A DNA stretch of 32,000 nt from Megasphaera elsdenii DSM 20460 (GTDB lineage: Bacteria > Bacillota > Negativicutes > Veillonellales > Megasphaeraceae). The notes beneath the pieces are model-generated. The model did not search any database. It was not told the DNA's origin and saw nothing but the letters and a program-made list of their open reading frames with translations. Shown piece after piece: positions 7,206-14,968 of this stretch (position 1 is the first letter of the stretch; each line of letters begins with the position of its first letter). The DNA lies in assembly GCF_003010495.1 (NCBI RefSeq), contig NZ_CP027570.1, positions 1,530,001 to 1,562,000 on the forward strand, written 5' to 3'. A program made the position numbers and the translations under genes.

Positions 7206-7563
7206 AATTGTCCTGACAGGACTTCATTTTTATGGGTATCATGGCTGTCTGCCCGAAGAAAAGCGCCAGGGCCAGCCTTTTCACATCGATTTGACGCTGG
7301 AAACGGACTTGGGACGGGCCGGCCAGACCGATGACCTGACGCAGACTGTCGATTACAGTGCCGTCTATGGCGTCGTCAAGGAAGTCGTCGAAGGGCCGTC
7401 CTTCGACTTGATCGAACGGGTGGGACAGGTCATTGCCGACCGCATCCTGGCCGAGTTCCCACCGGTCCAGGCCCTGACCGTGACCGTCCATAAGCCGCAG
7501 GCCCCCATCGGCGGACCCTTTGATGATGCGGCCATCGTCCTGGAAAGGCGGCGCCATGGCTAG
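7198..7563 (+). CDS. folB: Dihydroneopterin aldolase
   Basis: ATG at 7198 after GGAGGAG, overlapping the folE stop by 8 nt. MDKIVLTGLHFYGYHGCLPEEKRQGQPF..DYSAVY is typical of FolB. Confidence 0.85.
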   Translation: MDKIVLTGLHFYGYHGCLPEEKRQGQPFHIDLTLETDLGRAGQTDDLTQTVDYSAVYGVVKEVVEGPSFDLIERVGQVIADRILAEFPPVQALTVTVHKPQAPIGGPFDDAAIVLERRRHG

Positions 7564-8038
7564 ATTCTATCTCAGTATCGGCGCCAATCTGGGCGACCGG
7601 ATGGCGACGCTGCGCCAGGCCGTCCGTCTCCTGGCCGATACGCCAGGGGTAATGGTGACGGCCGTTTCCCCGTTCTATGAAACACCGCCCTGGGGAAAGA
7701 CCGACCAGCCTGCCTTTATCAACGGGGCCGTGGCTGTCGAAACGGAACTGTCCGGACAGGAACTGCTTGACGCCTGTCTGGATATCGAACGGCGGTTAGG
7801 ACGCGTGCGCCACGAAAAGTGGGGCGCCCGGACTATTGATATCGACCTCGTCTACAGCCCGGACGAAACGTGCCGGACGGAAACCCTGACTTTGCCCCAT
7901 CCCTATCTGACCCGGCGGGCTTTCGTCCTGGTACCCTTGCGGGACCTGGCACCGGACCTCATCCTTTGCGGCCGGTCCATCGGTGACTGGCTGGACCAGC
8001 TGCCGGATACAGACTCTATCAGAAAGAAGGACAACTAA
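7556..8038 (+). CDS. folK: 2-amino-4-hydroxy-6-hydroxymethyldihydropteridine pyrophosphokinase (HPPK)
   Basis: ATG at 7556 overlaps the folB stop by 8 nt. MARFYLSIGANLGDR, YETPPWGKTDQPAFINGAV, RHEKWGARTIDIDL and LPHP motifs. Confidence 0.88.
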   Translation: MARFYLSIGANLGDRMATLRQAVRLLADTPGVMVTAVSPFYETPPWGKTDQPAFINGAVAVETELSGQELLDACLDIERRLGRVRHEKWGARTIDIDLVYSPDETCRTETLTLPHPYLTRRAFVLVPLRDLAPDLILCGRSIGDWLDQLPDTDSIRKKDN

Positions 8039-8040
8039 CT

Positions 8041-8706
8041 ATGGAAAAAATACTCATTGCAGATGATGAACAGCTCATGCGTCAATTAGTCATCGATTTC
8101 TTGAAGCCCGAAGGCTACGAAATCCTGGAAGCGTCGGACGGCAAAGAAGCCTTGGATATTTATGATAAAGAACACCCGGACCTCATCCTCCTGGACGTCA
8201 TGATGCCGGGGTACGACGGCTGGACCGTATGCCGTGAAATCCGCCGTGAATCGACAGTGCCCATCATGATGCTGACGGCCAAGGGCGAAGAAATCGACCA
8301 GCTCTTTGCCTATGACCTCGGTGCCGATGAATACATCACCAAGCCGTTCAGCCCGAAAATCCTGGTCGCCAAGATCAAAGCCCTCCTGCGCCGTTCCCAG
8401 AATGAACAGGAAACGCATGAAGCCGACGATGGCGTCGCCATCGACCGCGATGCCCGCCAGGTCGTCATCGACGGCAAGAACGTCGACCTCAGTCCGACGG
8501 AATACAAGCTCCTCAATTATCTCATGAGCAATACCGGCAAGGCCCTGAGCCGCCGTCAGATCCTCAATCAGGTCTGGAATTACGATTATTATGGTGATTT
8601 GCGGACTGTCGATACGCACATCAACCGCCTGCGCATCAAATTGGGCGATAAAGGCCGCTATATCCGCACGGTCCGCGGCTACGGTTACCGCTATGATGGC
8701 AAATGA
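8041..8706 (+). CDS. OmpR/PhoB-family response regulator
   Basis: Receiver domain (DDE..LLDVMMPGYDG..KPF) plus a winged-helix output (LSPTEYKLLNYL..VDTHINRLRIKL..RGYGYR). Starts 2 nt after the folK stop. Confidence 0.9.
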   Translation: MEKILIADDEQLMRQLVIDFLKPEGYEILEASDGKEALDIYDKEHPDLILLDVMMPGYDGWTVCREIRRESTVPIMMLTAKGEEIDQLFAYDLGADEYITKPFSPKILVAKIKALLRRSQNEQETHEADDGVAIDRDARQVVIDGKNVDLSPTEYKLLNYLMSNTGKALSRRQILNQVWNYDYYGDLRTVDTHINRLRIKLGDKGRYIRTVRGYGYRYDGK

Positions 8707-10256
8707 GCAAAGCGCGCTGGTCGTTAAAGTTTAAGGCTGGACTCTATGTCGGTTTTTTTACGATTTTCTTCATCATCACTCTCATGGCAGCCGTTGGCTT
8801 CGGCTTTGACCGTTACTATTATTTCATGAAGAAAGAAGCCATGAGTGAAGCCAGCCAGAAAATCAGCACCATCTACCGGGAAGAAGGCAAGCCAGACGAG
8901 AGCCAGCTCGATGATTTGAGCCAGCATTATGCTTTGGATGTGCTCATCGTCGACCATGGCCGGCTCGTCTATTCATCCCGGCCGGGGCGGCGGGTCTTTA
9001 TTCCGCCGGATAAACCGCCGCTCACCAGCCATGATGTCGTCGTCACGGGGAAAGAAGATGAGGCGGCTCAGGTGAAGAACAATTTCAAGATGCCCCTGCA
9101 TGTAGAAGAGCTCCTGGATTTGCTCAATGGCAAGGTACCTGATGAGGACATGCTAGGCAAGGTTGAGCTGTATAAGGATATGCCCGATTTTGAGCATTTC
9201 AACCTCATCGACCGCATCCAGGATGGCACCTATGTCATCATCAGCCAGTCCGTCGCGCCCATGCGGGAGAATATCTATATCGTCCAGCGGTTCATCATCG
9301 TCTGCGGCCTCCTCTGGCTGGTCCTGGCCCTTATCGGTACGCTTTTCCTGACGAAGCGCATGACCCGGCCCCTGCTGGAACTGAAGAATCTGGCCGTGGC
9401 CATGGCCCATCTCGATTTTTCCAAGCGCTGGCAGGGGCATTTCAACGATGAAATTGGTGAACTCGGCGACAGCATCAATACCTTGGCCCATCAGCTCGAT
9501 GTCGCATTGACGGCGCTGCAGCAGTCCAATACGGAACTGCAGAAACAGCTCGATAAGGCCAAGGAAGTGGAACATATGCGCAAATCCTTCTTGTCCGCTG
9601 TCTCCCATGAGTTGAAGACGCCTCTGGCTATCATCCAGGGCTACGCCGAAGGGCTGGACACCCTGGACATCGACAAGGCGACACAACAGCGCTACTGTGC
9701 TGTCATCCGCAGTGAAACCCAGAAGATGGATAAACTGGTCAAGGACCTGCTCAACTTGTCGCGCCTGGAAACGGGCTCCTTCAAACTGGAGCAGACCGTC
9801 TTCGACTTCACGGCCCTGGCCGAAGAAAGCAAGGCTCGTTTTGCCAAAGCCATTGCCGATAAGGGCATCACTGCCGATTGGGAGCTGCCAGCTGAGATGA
9901 ACGTCTATGGCGACCCGGAACGGATCGATACGATTGTGACCAATTTCTTGAGCAACGCCATTGATTATACGAGGTCCGGCGGACATATCCGCGTCTTTGC
10001 CGATGACTTGGGGACGCGGTATCGCATCTCCGTCTACAATGAAGGCAGCCACATTGCTGAAGAATATCAGCAGCGCATCTGGGAGCCTTTCTATAAGATC
10101 GACTCGTCGCGGGCCCGCAGCCCGAAACGCGTATTCGGCGGCCACGGCCTGGGATTGGGAACGGTTGCTGCCTTAGTGAAACTCCACGGCGAACAATACG
10201 GCGTCCGCAACGAAACGGATGGCGTCACCTTCTGGTTTACCCTTAAGAAGAGCTAG
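8703..10256 (+). CDS. Sensor histidine kinase (2 TM, HAMP, HisKA, HATPase_c)
   Basis: ATGA overlap with the regulator gene. H-box SHELKTPL, N-box FLSNAIDYT, G-boxes GGHGLGLG. Confidence 0.9.
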   Translation: MSKARWSLKFKAGLYVGFFTIFFIITLMAAVGFGFDRYYYFMKKEAMSEASQKISTIYREEGKPDESQLDDLSQHYALDVLIVDHGRLVYSSRPGRRVFIPPDKPPLTSHDVVVTGKEDEAAQVKNNFKMPLHVEELLDLLNGKVPDEDMLGKVELYKDMPDFEHFNLIDRIQDGTYVIISQSVAPMRENIYIVQRFIIVCGLLWLVLALIGTLFLTKRMTRPLLELKNLAVAMAHLDFSKRWQGHFNDEIGELGDSINTLAHQLDVALTALQQSNTELQKQLDKAKEVEHMRKSFLSAVSHELKTPLAIIQGYAEGLDTLDIDKATQQRYCAVIRSETQKMDKLVKDLLNLSRLETGSFKLEQTVFDFTALAEESKARFAKAIADKGITADWELPAEMNVYGDPERIDTIVTNFLSNAIDYTRSGGHIRVFADDLGTRYRISVYNEGSHIAEEYQQRIWEPFYKIDSSRARSPKRVFGGHGLGLGTVAALVKLHGEQYGVRNETDGVTFWFTLKKS

Positions 10257-10291
10257 TTCGTCGTTCATCGTAGGCCGTTCGTCGTTCATCG
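10256..10291 (+). repeat. Direct repeat with 21-nt period made of heptamers
   Basis: GTTCGTC GTTCATC GTAGGCC GTTCGTC GTTCATC G. The 15-mer GTTCGTCGTTCATCG occurs at 10256..10270 and 10277..10291, starting at the G of the kinase TAG stop. Confidence 0.7.
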
Positions 10292-10298
10292 ACAAACG

Positions 10299-10334
10299 AA
10301 AAGGGGCTGTCGCATTAAGCGACAAGCCCCTTTT
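10299..10334. terminator. Intrinsic terminator after the histidine kinase (A-tract / T-tract flanked)
   Basis: AAAAGGGGCTGTCGC-attaa-GCGACAAGCCCCTTTT (one bulged base). Confidence 0.75.
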
Positions 10335-10464
10335 GTGGTTCGTTTGGCGTGGTTCGTTTGCCGAAAATTCTCACAGCTGCAAGAAAAATGATATTTTCAT
10401 ACAGCAGATTGTTAAAAAATTTAAACCTTCACGGCAAACAAATCACGAACCACGGCAAACCACG
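10335..10464. repeat. Imperfect inverted heptamer arrays flanking a 68-nt AT-rich core (MITE-like or protein-binding element)
   Basis: Left arm GTGGTTCGTTTGGC GTGGTTCGTTTGCC G (10335..10363, a 14-nt tandem). Right arm CGGCAAACAAATCACGAACCACGGCAAACCACG (10432..10464, with CGGCAAA repeated at 21-nt spacing). The arms share the complementary blocks GTGGTT, CGTGGTTCG and TTTGCCG. Confidence 0.6.
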
Positions 10465-10466
10465 TG

Positions 10467-10518
10467 AAAAAAGGGATTGTGCATGACGGCAAAAGCCTTC
10501 GTGCGACAATCCCTTTTT
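10467..10518. terminator. Long bidirectional hairpin terminator
   Basis: AAAAAAGGGATTGT..(imperfect inner stem gcatgacggc aaaa gccttcgtgc)..ACAATCCCTTTTT, immediately downstream of the minus-strand 76-aa ORF. Confidence 0.7.
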
Positions 10519-10522
10519 ACTG

Positions 10523-10753
10523 CTAAAACGACCGTTTTCCCAGGGTGGGGTGGCTGCATTTTTTCAAGGTCAGGTGGTCGACGAGGTAGCCGGCCTGGTC
10601 GAGATCGACGTCTTCTTTCTGTCCGTCGTGTTCAAAGACGCAGAGCGGATGGTCTGTACCGACTTCACCGCCAGGGAGATAGATGTATTCACCCGTTTCG
10701 GCATCGCCGAAGATGATGCCGGCTAAGAGGTGTTTTTTGGCTATCTGGCTCAT
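10523..10753 (-). CDS. Hypothetical 76-aa protein translationally coupled to the metallophosphoesterase
   Basis: ATGA stop/start overlap with the upstream gene. No motif that I recognise. Confidence 0.5.
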   Translation of the reverse strand: MSQIAKKHLLAGIIFGDAETGEYIYLPGGEVGTDHPLCVFEHDGQKEDVDLDQAGYLVDHLTLKKCSHPTLGKRSF

Positions 10754-11478
10754 CGCAGGGCCTCCTGTCCGTCGAATTTGATTTCTAAGAGCTTGCAGTC
10801 CCGGTAATCGGCCGAGACGAGCTGGAGCAGTGTCCCGTTATAACGGCGCGGGAACATGGTCCCGGGCTGCATGCCGTGGAGATGGCCGAAGACGCAGAGC
10901 GGGACGTGGTATTTTTCTAAAAGGTCCGTAAAGCCGCTGGGCTTGGTCAGGTCGCAGACCGGCGGGTAGTGGAGCAGGAGAATCGTATGCTGGCACTGTA
11001 AAGCTTCCGCTTCCTGCAGGGTCCGTTCGACGCGCAGGAGTTCCCGCCGGTACGGCTTGGCGTCCCGGTCTTCCTGGTAATGGATATCGCCGGGGCAGAC
11101 CCAGCCATGAGTGCCGCAGATGGCGATTTCCTTGTCGCCCAGGACAGCTGTCGAGCCGTAGAGGTACTGTATCTTATTTTCGGCGTCCATGCGGTTCAGC
11201 TTACCGGCACTTTCCCACCAGTAGTCATGGTTGCCGCGGATCATGATTTTCCTGCCCGGCAGGGCCCGGATCTGATCCAGGTCTTCCTGGGCATCCTTCA
11301 GGTGCATGGCCCAAGACGTATCGCCGGCGATGAGGACGACGTCATCGTCACTGACACGGCTCTTCCAGTCGGCGGCGATGCGCTGCCAATGGTTCTTCCA
11401 GCGGCTGCCGAAGACTTCCATCGGCTTTTTAGGGGGATTGCCTGATAAATGTAGATCACCGATTGCAAATAAACGCAT
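10750..11478 (-). CDS. Calcineurin-like metallophosphoesterase
   Basis: Complete MPE motif set: GDLHL, AGDTS, GNHDYW, LLHYPP, FGHLHG. Confidence 0.85.
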   Translation of the reverse strand: MRLFAIGDLHLSGNPPKKPMEVFGSRWKNHWQRIAADWKSRVSDDDVVLIAGDTSWAMHLKDAQEDLDQIRALPGRKIMIRGNHDYWWESAGKLNRMDAENKIQYLYGSTAVLGDKEIAICGTHGWVCPGDIHYQEDRDAKPYRRELLRVERTLQEAEALQCQHTILLLHYPPVCDLTKPSGFTDLLEKYHVPLCVFGHLHGMQPGTMFPRRYNGTLLQLVSADYRDCKLLEIKFDGQEALR

Positions 11479-11501
11479 AGAGTTGTAATAACCGTCCTTT
11501 C

Positions 11502-12290
11502 TTATAGTTCATGCAAGCGCTGCTGCAAAGCATGAATGAAGCGCGCTGAATGGCCTCCGTTCGCGATTTGGGGAATCATATAGCCTACGTAGAGGGGGTT
11601 GGTCAGGAAGCGCGGGATAATTTTGACATACAAGGCATCGTCAGCCGGGAAGTCATAGAAGAAGATATTATAACTGTCGTTGAAGCTGACAAAGGAGTGC
11701 ATGAAATAATCTGCCGTCCGCTGCATATAGCGGACGAATTTCCCCAGCTTTTCCCGGTCCTTGAGGATGAGGTTCACTTCGTAGAAACCGATGATGGGGC
11801 GCTGGGACAAGTTGACCGTCAGGCCGTCTTCCTCGACGATGGCAGGTCCGACGAAATGGAAGGGCTTGATATCCTGGTGATAGTCGTAGTCCTTGAAGCC
11901 GACGATCTGCGAATGGGGATGATGGATTGTGCCGCCGGACATGTAGCCGTGGTTGCGGTAGAAGACGACGGACCGGAATTTCCCCATGTCTTTGACTTGC
12001 TGCCATTTTTCCAGGCCGAACTGGATGAGCTTCAGGGCGTATTCCGGCGTATACGATGAAAATTCGCCATCGCAGTCATCACTTTCGATGATCAGCGTCT
12101 GCCACGAATCCTTGAGGACGGGATAGGCATTTTCCAGCCAGATCATAGGGCCCCGCTTTTCCATGACATTCTTCAGATGGGCTACGTCGCAAAACGGACA
12201 ATACTTTTCATCGCGATGGACTGTGTCGGGCTTGGTTTTGCCCAGGTCCAGATTATATTCCAAGATGTGAGATAAGGGATTTTCATTCAT
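11502..12290 (-). CDS. GalT/HIT-superfamily nucleotidyltransferase-like protein (DUF4931-like)
   Basis: CxxC knuckle (KYCPFCD) and histidine triad-type HHPHSQI (H-x-H-x-Q, as in galactose-1-phosphate uridylyltransferase and related phosphorylases). 262 aa. Confidence 0.6.
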   Translation of the reverse strand: MNENPLSHILEYNLDLGKTKPDTVHRDEKYCPFCDVAHLKNVMEKRGPMIWLENAYPVLKDSWQTLIIESDDCDGEFSSYTPEYALKLIQFGLEKWQQVKDMGKFRSVVFYRNHGYMSGGTIHHPHSQIVGFKDYDYHQDIKPFHFVGPAIVEEDGLTVNLSQRPIIGFYEVNLILKDREKLGKFVRYMQRTADYFMHSFVSFNDSYNIFFYDFPADDALYVKIIPRFLTNPLYVGYMIPQIANGGHSARFIHALQQRLHEL

Positions 12291-12354
12291 GATGACCGCT
12301 CCTTTTGATACCTACTATACATTGTAGCATAGAGATAGCCATTTTCAAACCATG

Positions 12355-12363
12355 TGGTATAAT
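12355..12363 (+). promoter_or_regulatory. Extended -10 promoter element upstream of deoD
   Basis: TGgTATAAT at 12355..12363, 32 nt upstream of the deoD ATG. The -35 is weak. Confidence 0.45.
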
Positions 12364-12394
12364 ACATATATGCTATTTTAAGGAGGAAATTATC

Positions 12395-13102
12395 ATGAGT
12401 CTTCATATTGCTGCTCGTGACGGTGAAATCGCCGACCGCATCTTGCTTCCTGGCGATCCCTTGCGGGCTAAATATATTGCTGAAACTTTTTTGGACGACG
12501 CCGTCTGCTATACGGATATCCGCAACATCCTCGGCTATACGGGGACTTATAAGGGTGTCCGCCTGTCGGTCCAGGGGACGGGCATGGGAATCCCGTCGAT
12601 TTCCATTTATGCGACGGAACTCATGCGCGATTACGGCGTGAAGAAACTCATCCGCGTCGGTACTTGCGGGGCCATGCGGAAAGATATCAGGCTCCGCGAC
12701 GTCATCATCGCCCAGGGGGCGACGACGGATTCGTCGATCATCCGCAACATTTTCGGCGGTTCCATCAACTATGCGCCGCTGGCTGATTTCACCCTCCTGC
12801 GCCAGGCTTATGAACAGTCGGTCAAGCAGGGTATCCCGGCCCGGGTCGGCAACATCGTCTCGGTGGACCGCTTCTACGATGACGAAATCGACAACGATAA
12901 ACTGACCCAGTACGGCATCATGGCCGTCGAAATGGAAACGGCCGGTCTGTACACGCTGGCTGCCAAATACGGTGCCCAGGCCCTGGGATTATTTACGGTC
13001 AGCGACCACTTGCTGACGGGAGAAGCCTGCACGCCGGAAGAACGGCAGACGTCTTTCGATGATATGATTCACATTGCCCTGGAAACAGCTATCCAGGAAT
13101 AG
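12395..13102 (+). CDS. deoD: Purine nucleoside phosphorylase, hexameric DeoD type
   Basis: ATG at 12395 after AGGAGG (the track start at 12305 is an upstream extension). [35 protein letters not shown] and VEMETAGLY are nearly identical in pattern to E. coli DeoD. 235 aa. Confidence 0.93.
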   Translation: MSLHIAARDGEIADRILLPGDPLRAKYIAETFLDDAVCYTDIRNILGYTGTYKGVRLSVQGTGMGIPSISIYATELMRDYGVKKLIRVGTCGAMRKDIRLRDVIIAQGATTDSSIIRNIFGGSINYAPLADFTLLRQAYEQSVKQGIPARVGNIVSVDRFYDDEIDNDKLTQYGIMAVEMETAGLYTLAAKYGAQALGLFTVSDHLLTGEACTPEERQTSFDDMIHIALETAIQE

Positions 13103-13110
13103 AGGTGCTT

Positions 13111-13935
13111 ATGAAAGCTAAGGAATTGCGGGTCATTGACAGTCATTTCCATTTCTGTGACTATATCGGCTTCAATCAGATTGCTATTGCTGCCGGTTAT
13201 ACCAATACTGAAGAATGTCTGCACAAGGCCTTTCAAGATAACAATATCGTCCACGGCGTCGTCATGGGCAACAAGACCCTGGACCCGGCCGGCCATCACT
13301 ATCCCGATTACATGAGTTACTGTATCGGCCTGGACAGCAACGTTTTTTATGACAATATGGACCTCATGGTGGAACAGGTCGAAGAGAACCTCAAGCGCAA
13401 GCAGTGCTGCGGCATCAAGCTCTATCCGGGCTATAACCACGTCTACGTCTATGATGAACTCTACGACCCGATCTATGAATTGGCCCGGAAGTACAATAAG
13501 CCCGTCGCCATCCACACGGGCCTGACGGCGACGGCCAATGCCCTTTTGAAGTACAGCCATCCCATGACCCTTGATGAAGCGGCCGTCAAATATCCCGACG
13601 TCCAGTTCGTCATGTGCCACATCGGCAATCCTTTCCTGCAGGATGCCATTGCCGTCCTGGAAAAGAACCACAACGTCGCCGTCGATTTGTCAGGCCTTTT
13701 GGAAGGCAAGATTCCCGACATGGTCACCTTCCTGCGGGACAAACAGGGGTATATCTCCATGCTCCGGGACTGGCTGAACTATCTAGGTTCTTACGACCGG
13801 GTCATGTTCGGGACCGACTGGCCCCTGGCCAATTTCGCCGATTATATTACCTTTGTCAAAGATTTCATCCCCGAAACGTATTGGGATGACGTCTTCTTCA
13901 ACAATGCCAACCGCATCTACCAGCTTGGCTTATAG
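13111..13935 (+). CDS. Metal-dependent TIM-barrel hydrolase/decarboxylase superfamily protein (Amidohydrolase_2, PF04909-like)
   Basis: N-terminal H-x-H (VIDSHFHF), later AIHTG, CHIGNP and GTDWP metal-ligand positions. Start at 13111 (ATG) or 13105 (GTG). Confidence 0.7.
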   Translation: MKAKELRVIDSHFHFCDYIGFNQIAIAAGYTNTEECLHKAFQDNNIVHGVVMGNKTLDPAGHHYPDYMSYCIGLDSNVFYDNMDLMVEQVEENLKRKQCCGIKLYPGYNHVYVYDELYDPIYELARKYNKPVAIHTGLTATANALLKYSHPMTLDEAAVKYPDVQFVMCHIGNPFLQDAIAVLEKNHNVAVDLSGLLEGKIPDMVTFLRDKQGYISMLRDWLNYLGSYDRVMFGTDWPLANFADYITFVKDFIPETYWDDVFFNNANRIYQLGL

Positions 13936-13964
13936 CTGGCTTTGCAGCAAGGGAGGAACGCCTT

Positions 13965-14294
13965 TTGTATACTGTAACCAAGCGGATGGAAGTGTCCGCT
14001 GCCCACCACCTGGTCCTCGACTATGAAAGCAAGTGCGAGCATCTCCATGGGCATAACTGGATCATCTATGTGACCTGCCAGGCTGAAGCACTGGACCGCA
14101 ACGGCATGGTCGTCGATTTCAAGAAAATCAAGGAACTGGTCCATGCCAAGATGGACCATCAGAACCTGAACGATGTCTTCGACTTCAATCCGACGGCGGA
14201 AAATATCGCCAAATGGATTTGCGACACCGTTCCCCATTGTGTCAAAGTAACGGTCCAGGAAAGTGAAGGGAACGTGGCCACTTATGAATTATAG
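13965..14294 (+). CDS. queD: 6-carboxy-5,6,7,8-tetrahydropterin synthase
   Basis: TTG start after GGGAGGA. VSAAHHL..CEHLHGHNW..DHQNLND motifs of QueD/PTPS-I. 109 aa. Confidence 0.88.
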   Translation: MYTVTKRMEVSAAHHLVLDYESKCEHLHGHNWIIYVTCQAEALDRNGMVVDFKKIKELVHAKMDHQNLNDVFDFNPTAENIAKWICDTVPHCVKVTVQESEGNVATYEL

Positions 14295-14916
14295 CCTCTG
14301 TGTCAACGAGATTTTCGACAGCATCGACGGGGAAGGGAAGAAAGCCGGCCAGCTGGCGACGTTCATCCGCCTCTGCGGCTGCAACCTGCGCTGTTCGTAC
14401 TGCGATACGGCCTATGCCTTCAATGAAGGCCAGCATATGGACATTGCCGACATCATCGCCCAGGTCTCCTATCCCAACGTCACCTTGACGGGCGGCGAAC
14501 CGCTGTGCCAGGATATCCACGCTCTCCTGGAAGGACTGAAGGGGCACAGCGTCAACATCGAGACCAATGGCAGTATGGATATCGAACCGTATTTCAAATA
14601 TGATCACGTCTGGTTCACTGTCGATTACAAGAGCCTGTCTTCGGACATGGCCAACCGCATGCTGCCGGAGAACTTCGAGAAGCTCCGGCCCCAGGACGTC
14701 CTCAAGTTCGTCGTCGGCGATGAAGCCGACCTGCGTCAGGCTTTGGGCGTCTATCGCTTGTACCGCCCGAAGTGTGCCGTCTATGTCGGCGCCGTCTTCG
14801 GCAAGATCGAGCCGCGGCGCATCGTCGAGTTCATGAAGGAAAACCGCCTGACGGACTGGCACATGCAGCTCCAGCTCCATAAATTCATCTGGAACCCCGA
14901 TGACCGGGGCGTCTGA
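14284..14916 (+). CDS. queE: 7-carboxy-7-deazaguanine synthase (radical SAM)
   Basis: ATG at 14284 overlaps the queD end by 11 nt. NEIFDSIDGEGKKAG, radical-SAM CNLRCSYCDT and LTGGEPL. Confidence 0.9.
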   Translation: MNYSLCVNEIFDSIDGEGKKAGQLATFIRLCGCNLRCSYCDTAYAFNEGQHMDIADIIAQVSYPNVTLTGGEPLCQDIHALLEGLKGHSVNIETNGSMDIEPYFKYDHVWFTVDYKSLSSDMANRMLPENFEKLRPQDVLKFVVGDEADLRQALGVYRLYRPKCAVYVGAVFGKIEPRRIVEFMKENRLTDWHMQLQLHKFIWNPDDRGV

Positions 14917-14928
14917 CTGAGACGACGA

Positions 14929-14968
14929 AACGCCGTTATCCGCTGATCTGCGGGTAACGGCGTTTTTT
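14929..14968 (+). terminator. Intrinsic terminator of queE, embedded in the 3' coding end of the convergent exonuclease gene
   Basis: 15-bp stem AACGCCGTTATCCGC / GCGGGTAACGGCGTT (one G-U pair) followed by a T-run. The same bases encode ..KKRRYPQISG-stop on the minus strand. Confidence 0.7.

Noticed and set aside
10256-10464. Repeat arrays as a CRISPR locus
   Set aside because: The repeat unit is 7 nt (14-21 nt super-period), not 24-40 nt. There are no unique spacers of regular length, no leader and no cas genes in the window.
10335-10464. A confident call as a transposable element (MITE/IS)
   Set aside because: The terminal inverted repeats are imperfect. No target-site duplication is evident and there is no transposase in the window. 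It is kept only as a hypothesis in the findings.
10219-10467. 82-aa plus-strand ORF spanning the kinase 3' end and the repeat island
   Set aside because: It starts inside the histidine kinase gene in another frame, has no RBS, and reads straight through a strong terminator hairpin and the repeat arrays. It is most likely fortuitous.
12291-12394. Second preQ1 or purine riboswitch in front of the deoD-queDE operon
   Set aside because: The leader after the TGgTATAAT element is only about 30 nt and contains no P1-loop-A-tail pattern and no terminator.
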